From Eledone cirrhosa (taxonomy: Eukaryota), in assembly GCA_964016885.1 (NCBI GenBank), contig OZ024743.1, positions 3,906,001-3,970,000 of the forward strand: DNA of 64,000 nucleotides, written 5' to 3'. Each line of letters starts with the position of its first letter. The stretch's first letter is position 1. The notes beneath the pieces were generated by a model, which ran no database searches, was not told the origin of the DNA, and worked only from the letters and a program-made list of their open reading frames with translations. Below are positions 28,569-41,623 of this stretch, piece after piece. The translations under genes and the position numbers were made by a program.

Positions 28569-28606
28569 CCTTTTGAAAAGCAGAAGAACTGCGAAACCGG
28601 TAAAGG
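28569..28606 (+). ncRNA. Minimal type I hammerhead ribozyme, U3-A8 core variant (inverted pLTR copy)
   Basis: cctt-TTGAAAA-gcag aagaa ctgc-GAAA-ccgg-TA-aagg. Stems I and II are intact, stem III is the palindrome ACCGGU, the triplet is GUA, and AATAAA follows. Confidence 0.75.
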
Positions 28607-28736
28607 AACCAAATAAATATATATATTTTTAAAAAAATAAGACTTCAGTTGCATTTTCGATTTCATCCCTTTTTCTTTATACTTCCACTCGTGTAGGACA
28701 CCTCGGTTATTTTTCATTTTGTAAAAAAAACCTCAC

Positions 28737-28817
<81 letters not shown>

Positions 28818-28878
28818 GAGAGGGGTAGAGAGAGAGATGAGTGTATGTAAATCTATCTCTCTTTCTGTGTGTGTGTGT

Positions 28879-28929
<51 letters not shown>

Positions 28930-29777
28930 TTTGAATATGTGTGAGCGTGGCGTACGGCTTTAATTATAGTTTGCGTGCAAAAATATCAAAGTCATCAATT
29001 TGAGCTTGCTTGTAAATGTATAGAGTCCAGTATGTGTGCACTTATGATTTACTAAATATAGCATTAGATTCATAACATATCTTCAAGACAATTTCCGAGT
29101 GGATATTAATCCGAGGTAAATCTACAGGGATCTTGAAGTGAAGGTCGAAAAGCCACTTTCTACCCCAATACTTGTGTTATGATGCTGTATATATATAATA
29201 GCATAGGTACTAATGTATTGATTTCTCATATTCAAACAAGCCTGAACAATTGTCAGAAGGGCATTCAGTCAATGAAATCGATAACCTTACGTTACTGGTA
29301 TTATTTTATCGACCGATCATGGACTAATAAAGCCGAGCAGAATTCGATCAAACTTGAACTCATATTGAAAAGTGACGTAACTACATACATATATACCTAT
29401 ATATATATATATATCCACGCACAAATTAAACTTCTAGTACATCTGCGTATATAGAACACGTGTTATTAATAGTATATTCTCATAGAGACAGTACCATAAA
29501 TATTTTCTTGTGTATAAATATAGGTTAGAAAATGTCTGCGCGCACAGGATTCAAGTTATTATATCGTTTTTATTTACAATTCCTTTAGATGAGTCGCTTC
29601 TCTTATGAAGATATACACACAAACACGCGCACACACAAGAACACGCACGGACATTTCATACATTTATACACACTTATGATCATCATATACACATGCATAC
29701 ACAGAGGTATATATGTATATATATAATGAACTAATGGACTACCTACATCTGACTTCTGTCATTTTTCATTGCTCTAT

Positions 29778-29853
<76 letters not shown>

Positions 29854-29964
29854 GGTTTTGAGTTCGGATCCAGTGTAGTGGCATTTTGACAATGACATGT
29901 GAGTAACATTGAGTAGTTGGAAACTGTTTGGAAACGCGACCAATATATTTATGTATATATATAT

Positions 29965-31441
29965 ATCTATCGTTTCTGAATTTGTTTAGCAAGATTCTTT
30001 ATCTGAAAACGTGTGTTGAAACCGATATTGTTATGCTTTGGGAGGGTCATGTTGCCAATAAGAAACACACGCACGCGCTGCTTTCACTCCAATTTATTAT
30101 AAATTAAATTTATGAATTTAAGAATTTATAAATTTCCGGTTGGTTGGTTGGTTCCACAACCGGGCGGTTGTTCATATATTGTCAAATTTCTTTCGTCACA
30201 CATTCTGTGACCTCTTCAGTGACTGGTGATTCTTTTCTTTGTTTTGTGTCTCTCTCTCCTTTGTTTTGTCCTACGCCAACTTGTTTTTGTGTGTGTTGTG
30301 TGCTTAGTTGGCGCATGTGTTACATCCGGGTGTCTGTGTGTTTTTTTATTTGTTTATTTATTTGTTTATTTATATGTTACTGGTTGGTTGTTTGTTCTAT
30401 GTGTGTGTGTGTTCATTTTGTCCTTAATTGTAAGTTGTGATGTTGCTATTGCATTCATGTTTTCTATTTAATTTTGGTTGGAGTTCATTTATGTTTATAG
30501 CCTCTGTGATTTGTCTAAACATTGTGTCTTTTCTGTGTGTAGATTCTATTTTTATTTCTATGTTCTCTAATTTACCTTTATGTTCTATTTTAGCATGTTG
30601 GTGGAGTACAGATGATTCTTTTCTATCTTGAAGCTCTCGCCAGTGTCCATTTATCCGTTCTCTTATACTACAAGCTGTCTCACCTATGTACACTATATTC
30701 TTATCTCTACATTGTCCTTCAGTACATCTTATGCTATATACTACATTTCTAGTTTTACAGTTAATATGGGGGCTTATTTTACATAGGTGAGACAGCTCGT
30801 AGTATAGGAGAACGGATAAATGAACACTGGCGAGAGCTTCAAGATAGAAAAGAATCATCTGTACTCCACCAACATGCTATAATAGAACAACTGGGTAAAT
30901 TAGAAAACAGAAATAAAAATAGAATCTACACACAGAAAAGACGCAATGTTTAGACAAATCACAGAGGCAATAAACATAAATGAACTACAACCAAAATTAA
31001 ATAGAAAACATGAATGGAATAGCAACATCCCAATTTACAATTAAGGACAACATGAAAACACACACACACATAGAACAAACAACCAACCAGTAACATGTAA
31101 ATAAACAAATAAATAAACAAATATAAACACACACAGACACCCGGATGTAACACATGCGCAAACTAAGCAAACAATACACACAAAAACAAGATGGCGTAGG
31201 ACAAAACAAAGGAGAGAGAGGCACAAAACAAAGAAAAGAATCCCCAGTCACTGAAGAGGTCACATAATGTGTGACGAAAGAACTTTGACAATATATGAAC
31301 AACCGTCCGGTTTTGGAACCAACCAACCAACCAACCAGAAATTTATAAATTCTTAAATTTATAAATTTAATTTATAATAAATTGGAGTTAAAGCAACTAG
31401 TGCGTGTGTTTCTTATTGTCAACATGACCCTCCCAAAGCAT

Positions 31442-31447
<6 letters not shown>
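29965..31447. mobile_element. Fold-back PLE insertion: GIY-YIG fragment + pLTR in both orientations
   Basis: CKTRNVVYSIRCTEGQC..VYIGET..RERINGH (30424-30780 -) with an inverted copy at 30782-31447. HHRs lie in both arms and the flanks are (TA)n. Confidence 0.9.
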
Positions 31448-31492
<45 letters not shown>

Positions 31493-31511
31493 TATATATA
31501 TATATATTATA

Positions 31512-31570
<59 letters not shown>

Positions 31571-32838
31571 CCCTGACTTTGTTTATTTACCGCTAAATTA
31601 GCAGTTTTTAGCAGTTTACAATAATGAGATCAACGAAATATATACGTGAGTTGATATGAGCGGCTATATCTCTTGAATGCGATGCACTAGCATAATTATG
31701 CATTCTATTTCAACCGTGTGGATATCTGACGTGTTAATTTCATATATTTAGCTTTCAAATTTCCGTATCGACCAACACCTCGTTTTCTATGAATAATCAA
31801 GCACATAGCTCCTATAATGGCTGGCTCTTAATCATGATTCTATGATATGACATTAGGCTCTTTATTTTAAAGTACTTGCTTGCGTAAAACCTTCAAACGT
31901 AACTTTTGGTAAGAATCTGTTTTAAGATGTGGTTAAAACAATGGATTAAAATAAGAAAGTTAGTTATATTACTACTCATTACAAATCCTTGATTATTTTC
32001 AAAATTATTCACAAACCAAAGGCAGTTATTTTCTTTAAAAATATGGTTGCGAAATGGTTAATATCCGAAGTGCGGACTCCGATTAAGGTCCCTTACATAC
32101 AGGGCACATACATATTCCTGTGATTTCAATTTAGCATCCATACTACTTCCAATAACCTTTTTTCTCTTATATACGATCATAAATAGCTGGGCTTGCAATT
32201 GTCAAAAAGTAGCATTTTAGTATACCTCCTTAACTTTAATTCTGTATAAATAAACATTGAGCAATTTCATGACATGTGAGGCGATTTGACAGAGTCGTTA
32301 GAGCGTCGGATAGAATGCTTTGCGCTATTCGTTCCGGCTCTCTTTCCTCTGAGTTGAAATCCCGTTGAGGTCAACATTGCTTTTCATCATTTCGGGGTCG
32401 ATAAAAAAGTACCAGTCCAGTGCTAGGGTCGAATCTTTCTCTTTATCTATCTCTCTTTCACTCTCAATCCTTCTATGTCAGAAATTCGATGTGATCAGGC
32501 TTAAAAATGCCTTAGAAACGCTGTATGTCACTACGGTCCCCCTACGACTCCTCCAGGAGTTAGGGAACCATACCATACCAAAACAATTTCACGACAACTC
32601 GCTCTTTCAGATTTTACAACCTCATTTCTCTATTATGATCTATACTTTGTGTTACCTGGTTATATATCTCTATCTTATTCTGTATTTTTAATCAAGATTT
32701 TGTTTAATTATCTATTTAAATTATTCACTTAAATAGTTACTCAATTGAATATTATCTTTGAAATTATCTGATTATACATTTAAATACTAGGTCCTCTTTG
32801 TTTAAATATTCATTATATACTATGCAGAACATTGGCAG

Positions 32839-33020
32839 AGGGCGTTGGATTGGCAGTATCGGTAGAGGGTCGGACGCCATGCTTTGAAGCATAGAGTTAC
32901 CTCCCTTTATGATCTGAGTTCAAATCCCGCCGAGTTTAACTTTGCCTTTCATCTTTAAGGGGTAAATTGCCAGTAATGCACTGGGATAATTGCTGGCCTT
33001 GTACCAAAAGTAGAAATAAT
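32839..33020 (+). mobile_element. SINE copy (an older copy lies at 32278-32430)
   Basis: Homology to the family consensus. Confidence 0.8.
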
Positions 33021-36000
33021 TATATTTAATCATTCATTTTGATATTTTTCTTTAATTTAGATATTGATCTCGTCTTTATGTTATATCTCTTTTACAAGTA
33101 AATGTAATCTGAGTTTTTCGAATATTAATAATAATATTCGATTCGTTTGCAATTATGCAAACAAGCCTCATTTTTATAGCCATGTCAGTAGAATGAACCC
33201 TCCATTCTTGCTCTTGTGTTGGCATGTGAACAGAACTGCAGACACTAATGTTTCTGGGTATCACCCTTCATCAGTACAGCTCACTGTTCACCTGCCAAAC
33301 TGTCAGAGCTACTGAAAATATATGCAATTTTCAAAAATACACAGTGACTGATCGGCCTGATATGCATATTAGCAGACTGGCTGGTCAGTCAGATCTGCAT
33401 AATAGCAGATCCACTGATCAGCCAGATTTGCATATCAGCAGACTGGCCAGTCAGTTCCTGTATACGAGCGATAAATGGCCGGCTTTGCCAAATTCAAATA
33501 GAAAAGAAAAAAGAATTGCAAACGAATCTTATTATTAATATTCGAAAAGCTCAGTTTAAATTTATTGTATTCAGCCATGTAGAGCGAAAATTTTCTATTT
33601 TACAAGTAATAAACAGCTATTTCTTGACACTATTTTATTAAATACATTCCATTTTCATATTCATCTTGTCTTAATTTCCAGCAAGTTACCATATGTTATA
33701 TTTATTCAATGTTGTCTATTCTTCTTTATTTCTTCCCCCTGTGGTCTGGGAAATATGTTTTCTTGCTTAACACACTGAAAGTTGTGTGCTGAATGTAACT
33801 ATATTTCATGTGTTAACAATCCGAATGCTTCTTTAGGTTATAACATATGAATATTTTCATCATCATTTGCTATTTAACCCAGATGAGGGCGAAAACCATA
33901 CCGTCCAGTTTCCCACTTCCCTTTTTCTGAGTAGATCAGAAACACACAGATGACATTTATTGAATACATTCTCTTACTTTCGCTACTGTGTTCCGTATGT
34001 AACTAAATATTTCCTTATCTGTACGGCTAAGTTACACATACGTTTTAGATAATGGAGGAACAGTTTGATACTGCATATTTTGAGCCTTTCCAATATATGT
34101 CCATCTTTGATTGTTTTATTTTCCTAAATAGTATTACTTGTCATAGATCAGGAATGTAATAGCTATTATTTCTTTATTTACTGTAATTTTACTCATTTAT
34201 CAACTATAATATCTTCTTCATCATAAAACATATATGACTTGGTATTCAAATTTGTTTTTTTGACAATTCACAGAAATAATTATCTTGAAACACTACCTTT
34301 CAACTTTTGAAACGCGACCTATTTTTGCATTAGAATAATACTAGATTTAATACACAATCAGTATATAATCTATTCAGCAGATCTGTTACAGACACACTCC
34401 AACTACTCAGCTGCCGGATACGTCGCCTACCACGCTTCATACAAAGAAACACGATGTTAAAATTCATGCATACTTTCTTTCGTATTTTTCGCAATTCGTT
34501 TCCCAAACTCCAGCCTTCATTGAGTGGATCAGTTGCCCAAAAGAGGATCAGTTACATAACAAGGGCACATTCATTCGTCCATTGTTTAATGAGTGACAGC
34601 TCAGTTGTTTATGGATGACGAGAAGGCGCATCCCAAATGTTACAGGATTTAATGTAGGTACAGCAAAAATTAGATGAGTTCAAATATGATATCTCACCAA
34701 GGAGTACATACAGTATATGAGTTAAATATAACATCTCACAAAGGACCTACAGTATATGAGTTAAATAAGGCATCTCACCAAGGACTCTATGAGTTACACA
34801 CGAATGATCCATTTACTGTAAATAAACACTCATATCTCCCAGCATATGATTTGATACTATAGCTTTAAACATATGTCAATGACAGTCATCATATTTAAAT
34901 TTAAAGAAATGAAATTTTAAGGTGCAGAGCCGTATTTTTGTGATTTCAAATGCAAGCTCAATTAATTTCAACAACCATCAGTGTTTATGGTTGTGCTTTT
35001 ACTCTACGTATATCATGAATACGTGAGTACTGACAGTAAATAATTGACACCATGTTGTGTTGTGTTATTGAATTATTTACTTATTTATGAAACTATTTAC
35101 TATATTATTAATATATTTAATTATTTAGTTACTTATTTAATTTTATATTTAATAACTCAATTATCTTTCTTTACATATGTATTCGGTTATTAATAATTAT
35201 GTAATTATCATTAATAAAGAAATCATTATTTCATTATCATTAATCTAATAATATTTTTAATTAGTTTTCTTAATTACCCACACATAATGTCTTCATTTTA
35301 AATTAATTCTCTCCTAAAAATACCCCCCACAGACAAACGATATTTCCTTCACTATGTTTATGATACAGCTATCTCCCATACTACAATATTTTAAATTATT
35401 TATCTTATAATTCGTTCATTGTTTACTTTATATTGTAAGTCGCCCTTTGATTATAAACTTATAATCGTTTAATTTGCTCAATTTTCCTAATGTTATTTTG
35501 GTAAACCATGCAACATATAATCTTTTAGTTATGCAAGGTCTCATCAATGGTACAACTAAATAGTTAGCAAATGAAACGACTACAACCCTAAAAAGAATTC
35601 CTTACAAATATAGAATTTGAAAGATATTTGGCAAAGGTTATCCATTATAGCCTAGAACTGACCAATGCCTTATCATTTGAATTTGATACACGAACGTCTG
35701 TAGAAACCTGCCGAATATACACTTAAACACCAAGACAATACTTTCCAGAATACTTTTTCTTTACCACACGTAACTTCATGAATTAAAATAAATTTACATA
35801 ACTACATTGTTCACATAAGTACATTGTCTTCCCCACCTCCATATATTTCGATGAAATATACCTTTGTAAATATCTTGAAAATTTTATAGTTTTCTATTTG
35901 CACAAACCTTCAGAGGCGGAATTGTCAACTCGTATATATATATAACATTTACTCTACTACCGACAGTTCAACATTCATCAGGAAATGTTGGTGGTCATCA

Positions 36001-36129
36001 GGTACTTAATAACACGCATTAATATCAATACGAATTATCATCACGCATAATCAACACGCATTATCATCAATACCCACTGTGGGTATTGATATTAATGCGT
36101 GTATTGACAGTATCTGTAAGGCTTTGACA

Positions 36130-36335
36130 GTATCTGGGTATTGACAGAATCTGTAAGGCTTTGCGGCATAGAGTTACGACATTTTAACTTCTGAGTTCAA
36201 ATCCCGCCGAGGTTAGCTTTGCCTTTTATCCTTACGGGGTCGATAAAATAAAGCACTAGTTATGCACTGGGGGCAATTTAATCGATTTCCCATCCCCCAA
36301 AACTGTTGGTTTTGTGCCTAAATCAGAAACAATTA
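36130..36335 (+). mobile_element. SINE copy
   Basis: B-box, core and tail are present. Confidence 0.8.
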
Positions 36336-36368
36336 TCAATACCTACTTTGAACATATATATATGAAAG

Positions 36369-36660
36369 TACTGCTGGAATGTTCCAGTTAAAGCCCCAAT
36401 AGAATGCATTTATAACAAACCAGACATAGTGATATGGGACAGAGAAAAGAAGCCGCATCCAATAATGGAAATGGCTACTCAGCAAATGTCAATATGCTGC
36501 TAAAGATTGGCAAAAAGGAGAACAGCCATGCTGAACTAATGAGGAGCCTGCAAATACTCCGCCCTGACTATGCCTTTAGATTTGTACCTGTGATCAATGG
36601 GTCTCTGGAATATGTTACTAACTGCCTCAGTACAAATTATAGGAAATAGGGCTTCACAGA
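36369..36660 (+). pseudogene. Restriction-like endonuclease fragment of an R4/Dong-type non-LTR retrotransposon
   Basis: YCWNVPVK..NKPDIVIWDREKK..IME, then after a frameshift NMLLKIGKKENSHAELMRSLQIL..FVPVINGSLEYV; this is the PD-(D/E)xK RLE pattern. Confidence 0.7.
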
Positions 36661-36790
36661 ACCAGAAAGATCACGGCCAGTTAGGATGTCAACTATCTTT
36701 TTTGTAAATATATATCTATATTACTTATTTTGTTTAAAAAAAACAATAGTTAATTTGTGAAAATATTAGTTACAATAGGCCAATATATTG

Positions 36791-37005
36791 GTTTCTTATA
36801 TAGGCACAAGGTCAGCAACTTTGGGGGAGAGGAAAGTCGATTAAATTGACCCCAGTGCGCGACTGGTACTTTATTTTATCGACCTCGTAAGGATGAAAGG
36901 CAAAGTTAATCTCGGCGGGATATGAACTCAGATCATACAGGGTCATAACTCTATGCGGCAAAGCATGGCGTCCGAGCCTCTACCGATACTGCCAATCCAC
37001 CGCCC
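36791..37005 (-). mobile_element. Full-length tRNA-derived SINE
   Basis: A-box-like TGGCAGTATCGG, B-box-like GAGTTCATATCCC, and core GCCTTTCATCCTTACGAGGTCGATAAAATAAAGTACCAG. TSD includes GGCCAATATATTG. Confidence 0.85.
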
Positions 37006-37792
37006 TAAAATGGGCCAATATATTGAAAATACAATCGCATATTTTTTCTTTCTGAAATGTATTTTATTTATTCTATGTGGTTGGTGGGTTCACTTTCAAC
37101 TATAGTATTATGTTGTCTGATTATCTATTAGTGTTATGAAGCCTGTAATGGGTGTATGATGATTTGTTATTCAATAATATGTAATAACTATTTAGTAAGC
37201 TTTAAATGTTATGCTATTCCTGTTATTTATGAATACGTAATGTTGTAAATGAGGATTTATCGCTGGGGAGGTTGTTAAAATATTTGTTTCAATGTTTGAA
37301 TTACTGCTCATGTTGAGTTTCATTTTTTCCTTTTCCTCACGTTTAGCTATTTCATTTTTATATGTCAGCTCAAGAGATATTTTGACACATCTTCGCATGC
37401 AAGTTAGCTGTGAATATTTATGTTTTTTTTACCATAATTATCTACATATTATGCACTGTCAAAATTATGATATAAATAAATTATTTCCAATTTTATATCG
37501 AACGATATTGAACAATAAAGTTACATTAATATAGTCAATTTGAATTTATAGTTAATACATTTAAAATTAAAGAGTGAAATTAAAATGTTATGTTTTATTC
37601 TAAATTTTTGAAATTTGATTTTACGTTAATAACTGGAAACTAAAATTAAAATTGAATTAAAATTACTCAAAATAAATGTTTCAACTACTGGCACAAGGCC
37701 AGAAATTTGGTTTATGTTATACATAAAACTTTACATCGAAATATATATAATGAAATAGAGATCATATAAAGTATATATCTTTCGTTTATTAC

Positions 37793-37872
<80 letters not shown>

Positions 37873-38003
37873 ATATATATGTCACATGGTTGCTAAGATG
37901 CGTCCATAGGCGGTATGCCGGTTGAGCACTCTATGCTCCTACGGAGCAGAGTAAGATAAAATGGAAAACGAAGAATCAGTGATGCATCGGAACTCAATTT
38001 ATT

Positions 38004-38096
38004 ACGTATTACAATTGTTTTCCCGGCGAACAGCTCGAGGTGCGATCTGTGTGTGGATCGAACCTGACTCTGGATTCGCAAGTTCCTCAGATACGT
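38004..38096 (-). ncRNA. Hammerhead with long stem II inside a fold-back PLE end (37881-38200)
   Basis: acgtat-CTGAGGA-[~60 nt stem II]-GAAA(A)-caattg-TA-atacgt-AATAAA. A 3'-half homologue lies at 11746-11797. Confidence 0.65.
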
Positions 38097-38215
38097 CTAG
38101 TGGTTTCGGAGCAAATTATCTTTCTCAGAAAGAGAATTTGCTCCGAAACCACTAGACATATCAGATGCATCGCTGATTCCTCATTTTCCATTTTATATGA
38201 AAAATAAGATTATTT

Positions 38216-38650
38216 TTTTTGCATTATATATATTTCAATGACATGGTTATGCAATGGGTATATCATTAACAAGTTTCCATGTGAAGACCTGTCAACTCTA
38301 CCTGTCCGGCGGGGAGATCTCCCACCCACTTTGGGGTGGGTGAGAGATGTCTTCCCTTGTGAAAATGGGTATAGCTTTCATTATGTAAAATCTCCCCATT
38401 TTGCCACATTTCTCCCCGTTTTGGGGCACGTCTTTTCATGGTACTCTCCGTTTAGGTTTTTAGATTTTGGCAGGTCTGCATGTGACACCATCAGATACTC
38501 ATACAATGTCGTTATACAAGTATGCAGATATGCCGCCAGTAACGTATTACCATCACGGTATGATACATCTGATGATGTGATGTCACATGGAAAATATTAA
38601 TGATATAGCCATTACACAACCATGGCATTGAAATATATATAATGTAATAA
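38216..38650. mobile_element. Inverted-repeat-bounded element, probable PLE end, with HHR-like motif at 38566-38602
   Basis: About 50-bp inverted repeats; cat-CTGATGA-tgtga tg tcaca tg-GAAA-atat-TA-atg. Confidence 0.5.
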
Positions 38651-38952
38651 AACAATTGTAAAAGTAACTCTGTCTTAACAACATTTCAGAAATTGGAAGT
38701 CCGTCACACCTAATCACCAACATTTTAGCTTGAGATACACAACTCAGTTGAAGTGCTTTTGGATTGCTTAAACTGTTTATTTTCGCGGAGTTACAGCGTA
38801 ATTTCCATGGATAAGCACCTTGATTATCTGCACTATATATATATCGACAGTCGATTGACTTTCGTCAAATCCGACCGAGGAAACAATGTTTACATTGGTC
38901 TTTCCAATTGCTAATACTATCTATCGGTTGCAACTCCAGGTAGAAGGTGCAA

Positions 38953-39055
38953 CGTGAAATAAAGTGTCTTGCCCAAGGACATAACGCATCGCCCGGTCCA
39001 GGAATCGAACTCTCAACCTCATAATTGAGGGTTCAATTCTCTTACCACTCAGCCA
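38953..39055 (-). mobile_element. Second tRNA-derived SINE family (CORE/V-like centre)
   Basis: TGGCTGAGTGGTAAG (A box), GAGTTCGATTCC (B box), then tgtccttgggcaagacactt. Confidence 0.65.
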
Positions 39056-39181
39056 GTAAGGTTCTATACAAAACAGTGGATATAGAGAAAAGATGAAGTT
39101 GGAAATAACATGGAAATATACTTAAGGGTCTGTTTTTCTTTTTTTATCCTTTCTTTGATACGTCAAAGTGACATTATTGAA

Positions 39182-39288
39182 CAAATCCCGCCGAGGTTAA
39201 CTTTGCCTTTCATCCTTGCGGGGTCGATGAAATAAAGTACCAGTAATGCACTGGAATAATTGCTGGCCTTGTGCCAAAAGTAGAAATA
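39182..39288 (+). mobile_element. 5'-truncated SINE, TSD ATTATTGAA
   Basis: TSD at 39173-39181 and 39289-39297. Confidence 0.85.
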
Positions 39289-39393
39289 ATTATTGAAAAG
39301 ATAACATTATTGAAAAAATCAAAGGGACAATTCTTTAAAAAAAAAAGTTTTATAAAGTATATAAAGTATTACTGGTCTTGATGTATTATTAAA

Positions 39394-39576
39394 GGTGGAT
39401 AGGCAGTATCGGTAGAGGCTTGGACGCCATGCTTTGCAGCAAAGAGTTACGGCCCTTTATGGTCTGAGTTCAAATCCCGCCAAGGTTAACTTTGCCTTTC
39501 ATCCTTACGGGGTCGATAAAATAAAGTACCAATAATGTACTGGGTATTTACGGGCCTTGTGCCATAAGTAGAAATA
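39394..39576 (+). mobile_element. SINE copy, TSD ATTATTAAA
   Basis: Same family; TSD at 39385-39393 and 39577-39585. Confidence 0.85.
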
Positions 39577-39965
39577 ATTATTAAAATTCATCTTATCAAA
39601 TGTTGAGTATTGAAATAAAAATTAAAAAGAATTAATAGGAGTTAAAAACTAAAAATTAAAGATTTAAAATTAAAATCAAATGTTGGAGTAAGTTTTCTTC
39701 CATCTTTCCTGCTCAAAATTAGGCTGGACAATGAGTTCTTGTTAATAGAGAGGTGGTAGTGAAGATAGCAGCAGCTGTGTTTCTTCACAGAACAAAGTTG
39801 TTTTTTCGAAACATCCTGTAAATATGTGTGTATATATGTGATTGTGTTAATTGACTGGTCAAGAGTTCAAAAGAGGATGGGCAACTGTAAGGTAGAGGTA
39901 AGTTCTATGGCAGTAGTAGGAGTGTAAGAGAAATTCTATTATTAGAATATGGTTTTAGGGAGTGC

Positions 39966-40003
<38 letters not shown>

Positions 40004-40187
40004 CCTCACGCACTATATATATATATGAATAAAGTTAGTCCTTCATCAGTGATCTTCCAACCATCATTGGTATTTCATCGCTTTAAAGACCATGTGAGGG
40101 TGTATATATAACAATACACACATGTGTGTGTGTTTTTCAGTCTGTCTGTCACAGTCCATGTGTGTGTGTGGGTGTGTGTGTGTGTGA

Positions 40188-40226
<39 letters not shown>

Positions 40227-40407
40227 CACACACATATATACATATGTATATATATATATATATAAATATATAATATATATATATATATACACACACACCA
40301 CAAGATATTCAATTTTTAGTTTTTAACTCCTATTAATTATTCTTCATTTTTATTTCAACACTCAACATTTTATAAGATGAATTTTAATAATACATCGAAA
40401 CCGGTAA

Positions 40408-40848
40408 TACTTTATATACATTATATACATTATATACATTATATACTTTATATACTTTATATACATTATATACTTTATATACTTTATATACTTTATATAA
40501 TTTATATACTTTATATACCTTATATACTTTATATACTTTATATACATTATATACTTTATATACTTTATATACCTTATATACTTTATATACTTTATATACA
40601 TTATATACTTTATATACTTTATATACATTATATACTTTATATACTTTATATACCTTATATACTTTATATACTTTATATACATTATATACTTTATATACTT
40701 TACATACATTATATACATTATATACTTTATATACATTATATACTTTATATACTTTATATACATTATATACTTTATATACTTTATATAATTTATATACTTT
40801 ATATACATTATATACTTTATATACTTTATATACTTTATATACTTTATA
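40408..40848 (+). repeat. 9-bp minisatellite TAC(T/A)TTATA, about 49 copies
   Basis: Direct reading; it explains the YIKYIM ORFs. Confidence 0.95.
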
Positions 40849-41002
40849 ACACTTAAAAAAAGAAAGAAATGTCCCTCTCATTTTCTCAATAATGTTATCT
40901 TTTCAATAATGTCACTTTGACGAATCAAAGAAAGGATAAAAAAAGAAAATCAGACCCTTAAATCTATTTTCCGTGCTATTTCCAACTTCACCTTCTGCCC
41001 CC

Positions 41003-41092
<90 letters not shown>

Positions 41093-41130
41093 ATAAAACA
41101 ATTGTTACTATCTGAAATAAAGCCCCTTGT

Positions 41131-41386
41131 TGTACAGCCAACCATGTTACTCTTCATTCTCTCACTATTATTACTCCATGTACAGCCAACCATGTTACTC
41201 TTCATTCTCTCACTATTATTACTCCATGTACAGCCAACCATGTTACTCTTCATTCTCTCACTATTATTACTCCATGTACAGCCAACCATGTTACTCTTCA
41301 TTCTCTCACTATTATTACTCCATGTACAGCCAACCATGTTACTCTTCATTCTCTCACTATTATTACTCCATGTACAACCAACCATG
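41131..41386 (+). repeat. 48-bp tandem repeat, about 5.3 near-identical copies
   Basis: Unit tgtacagccaaccatgttactcttcattctctcactattattactcca. Confidence 0.95.
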
Positions 41387-41490
41387 GAAACATCTTGTTG
41401 AGTCAAACAAAGCCGTACGTTAAAACTATCCACGACGCAGAGTACTCACCACGTCTAACTGGATTACCTATGACGATAACTTGTTATCCC

Positions 41491-41623
<133 letters not shown>

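Larger units (their letters stand above)
39087..40997. repeat. Large inverted repeat (arms about 39087-39660 and 40310-40997), probable fold-back PLE end
   Basis: The arms align once two SINEs (left) and a minisatellite expansion (right) are removed. An HHR remnant lies at 40366-40410. Confidence 0.8.

Noticed and set aside
41131-41386. CRISPR-like array or repeat membrane protein
   Set aside because: The units are identical with no spacers, in a eukaryotic context; it is a plain minisatellite.
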